A program made the translations under genes and the position numbers. From assembly GCF_018350175.1 (NCBI RefSeq), contig NC_058382.1:56732001-56796000 (forward strand): a stretch of DNA of 64,000 nt, written 5' to 3'. How positions within the stretch are numbered: position 1 is the first letter of the stretch; every line of letters begins with the position of its first letter. Under the pieces are notes generated by a model that was not told the origin of the DNA, did not search any database, and saw only the letters and a list, made by a program, of their open reading frames with translations. This document shows positions 63,361 through 64,000 of this stretch, piece by piece. This DNA is from Felis catus. Lineage: Eukaryota.

Positions 63361-64000
63361 CAGTGAGATGCAGGGGTGGGGATGCAGAGGGTCCCTGTGA
63401 AGCCCGCGGTTCTGGGAAGAGCGTGTCTTGTTTGCGGAAGTGAGAGCCGTGCAGTGTGGCTGGAGCAGCACGAGGCAGGACAGAGACTGGACAGGATGAC
63501 AAGGGCCAGATCAAGACTGAGAACCCTAAGAATATTGTTCCACAGGCACATCGCTGGTCAGGAGACTGCTGGGGAGGATGTCACCGGTCACACATGACCC
63601 CCCCCCCCGCCTTCCTAGATCCTCAGGTAGGGAACAAGTACCAACCCAGGGACCCGCATTGTTAGGCACTGACATAGTTGTCCACACTCCACGAACCTGC
63701 TGCCTAGACATTCCAGTGCAGAGACTGTGACAGTCACCCTGGCATAGATGAGAAAGCTCAGGCTGAGCGAGATGATTCCTTCCCAGGGTCACGGGAGAAC
63801 CAGATATTGAGATTCCAAGCTTTGCATCTCCTTTTTCCTTGCAAACTCGAAGAGATGTCTTTCTTTGTTGGAGCAGGCTTCCCATCAGCAACAGCAAATG
63901 CGTAATGAGTTCTTATCAAAGGCAAGACTGATCATTCCATCAAGTTGTGCCTGTCTAACACCCCTTGGACCCGTGCTTTCATCCTCTGTCGTTAAATGAG

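Larger units (their letters stand above)
50714..64000 (+). other. CDH13: CDH13 intron downstream of the exon (partial, probably intron 8)
   Basis: Starts GTAAGC; the next cadherin exon is not seen in the window. Confidence 0.85.

Overview
Mammalian, not microbial, DNA: a felid (cat-like) genomic segment, judged from abundant tRNA-derived CAN-SINEs of the SINEC_Fc type and a felid-type L1 3' end. The window lies inside CDH13 (T-cadherin), transcribed on the + strand. It holds one coding exon (50573-50713; 141 nt, phase 0/0; probably exon 8) between very large introns. The introns contain about 29 CAN-SINEs, old L1M/L2/MIR/MLT fragments, MER20/MER5/MER44/Tigger2-type DNA transposon fossils and short tandem repeats. 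The most notable structure is a young U6 snRNA/L1 chimeric retrocopy with a perfect 15-bp TSD (56640-56826). Also notable are a 5'-inverted (twin-primed) L1 and an old local duplication that appears inserted into an L2. Apart from the CDH13 exon and a dead L1 ORF2 fragment, the supplied ORFs look spurious. Repeat family names are from recall of consensus sequences, not from a database search. I found no convincing wholly new biological system.
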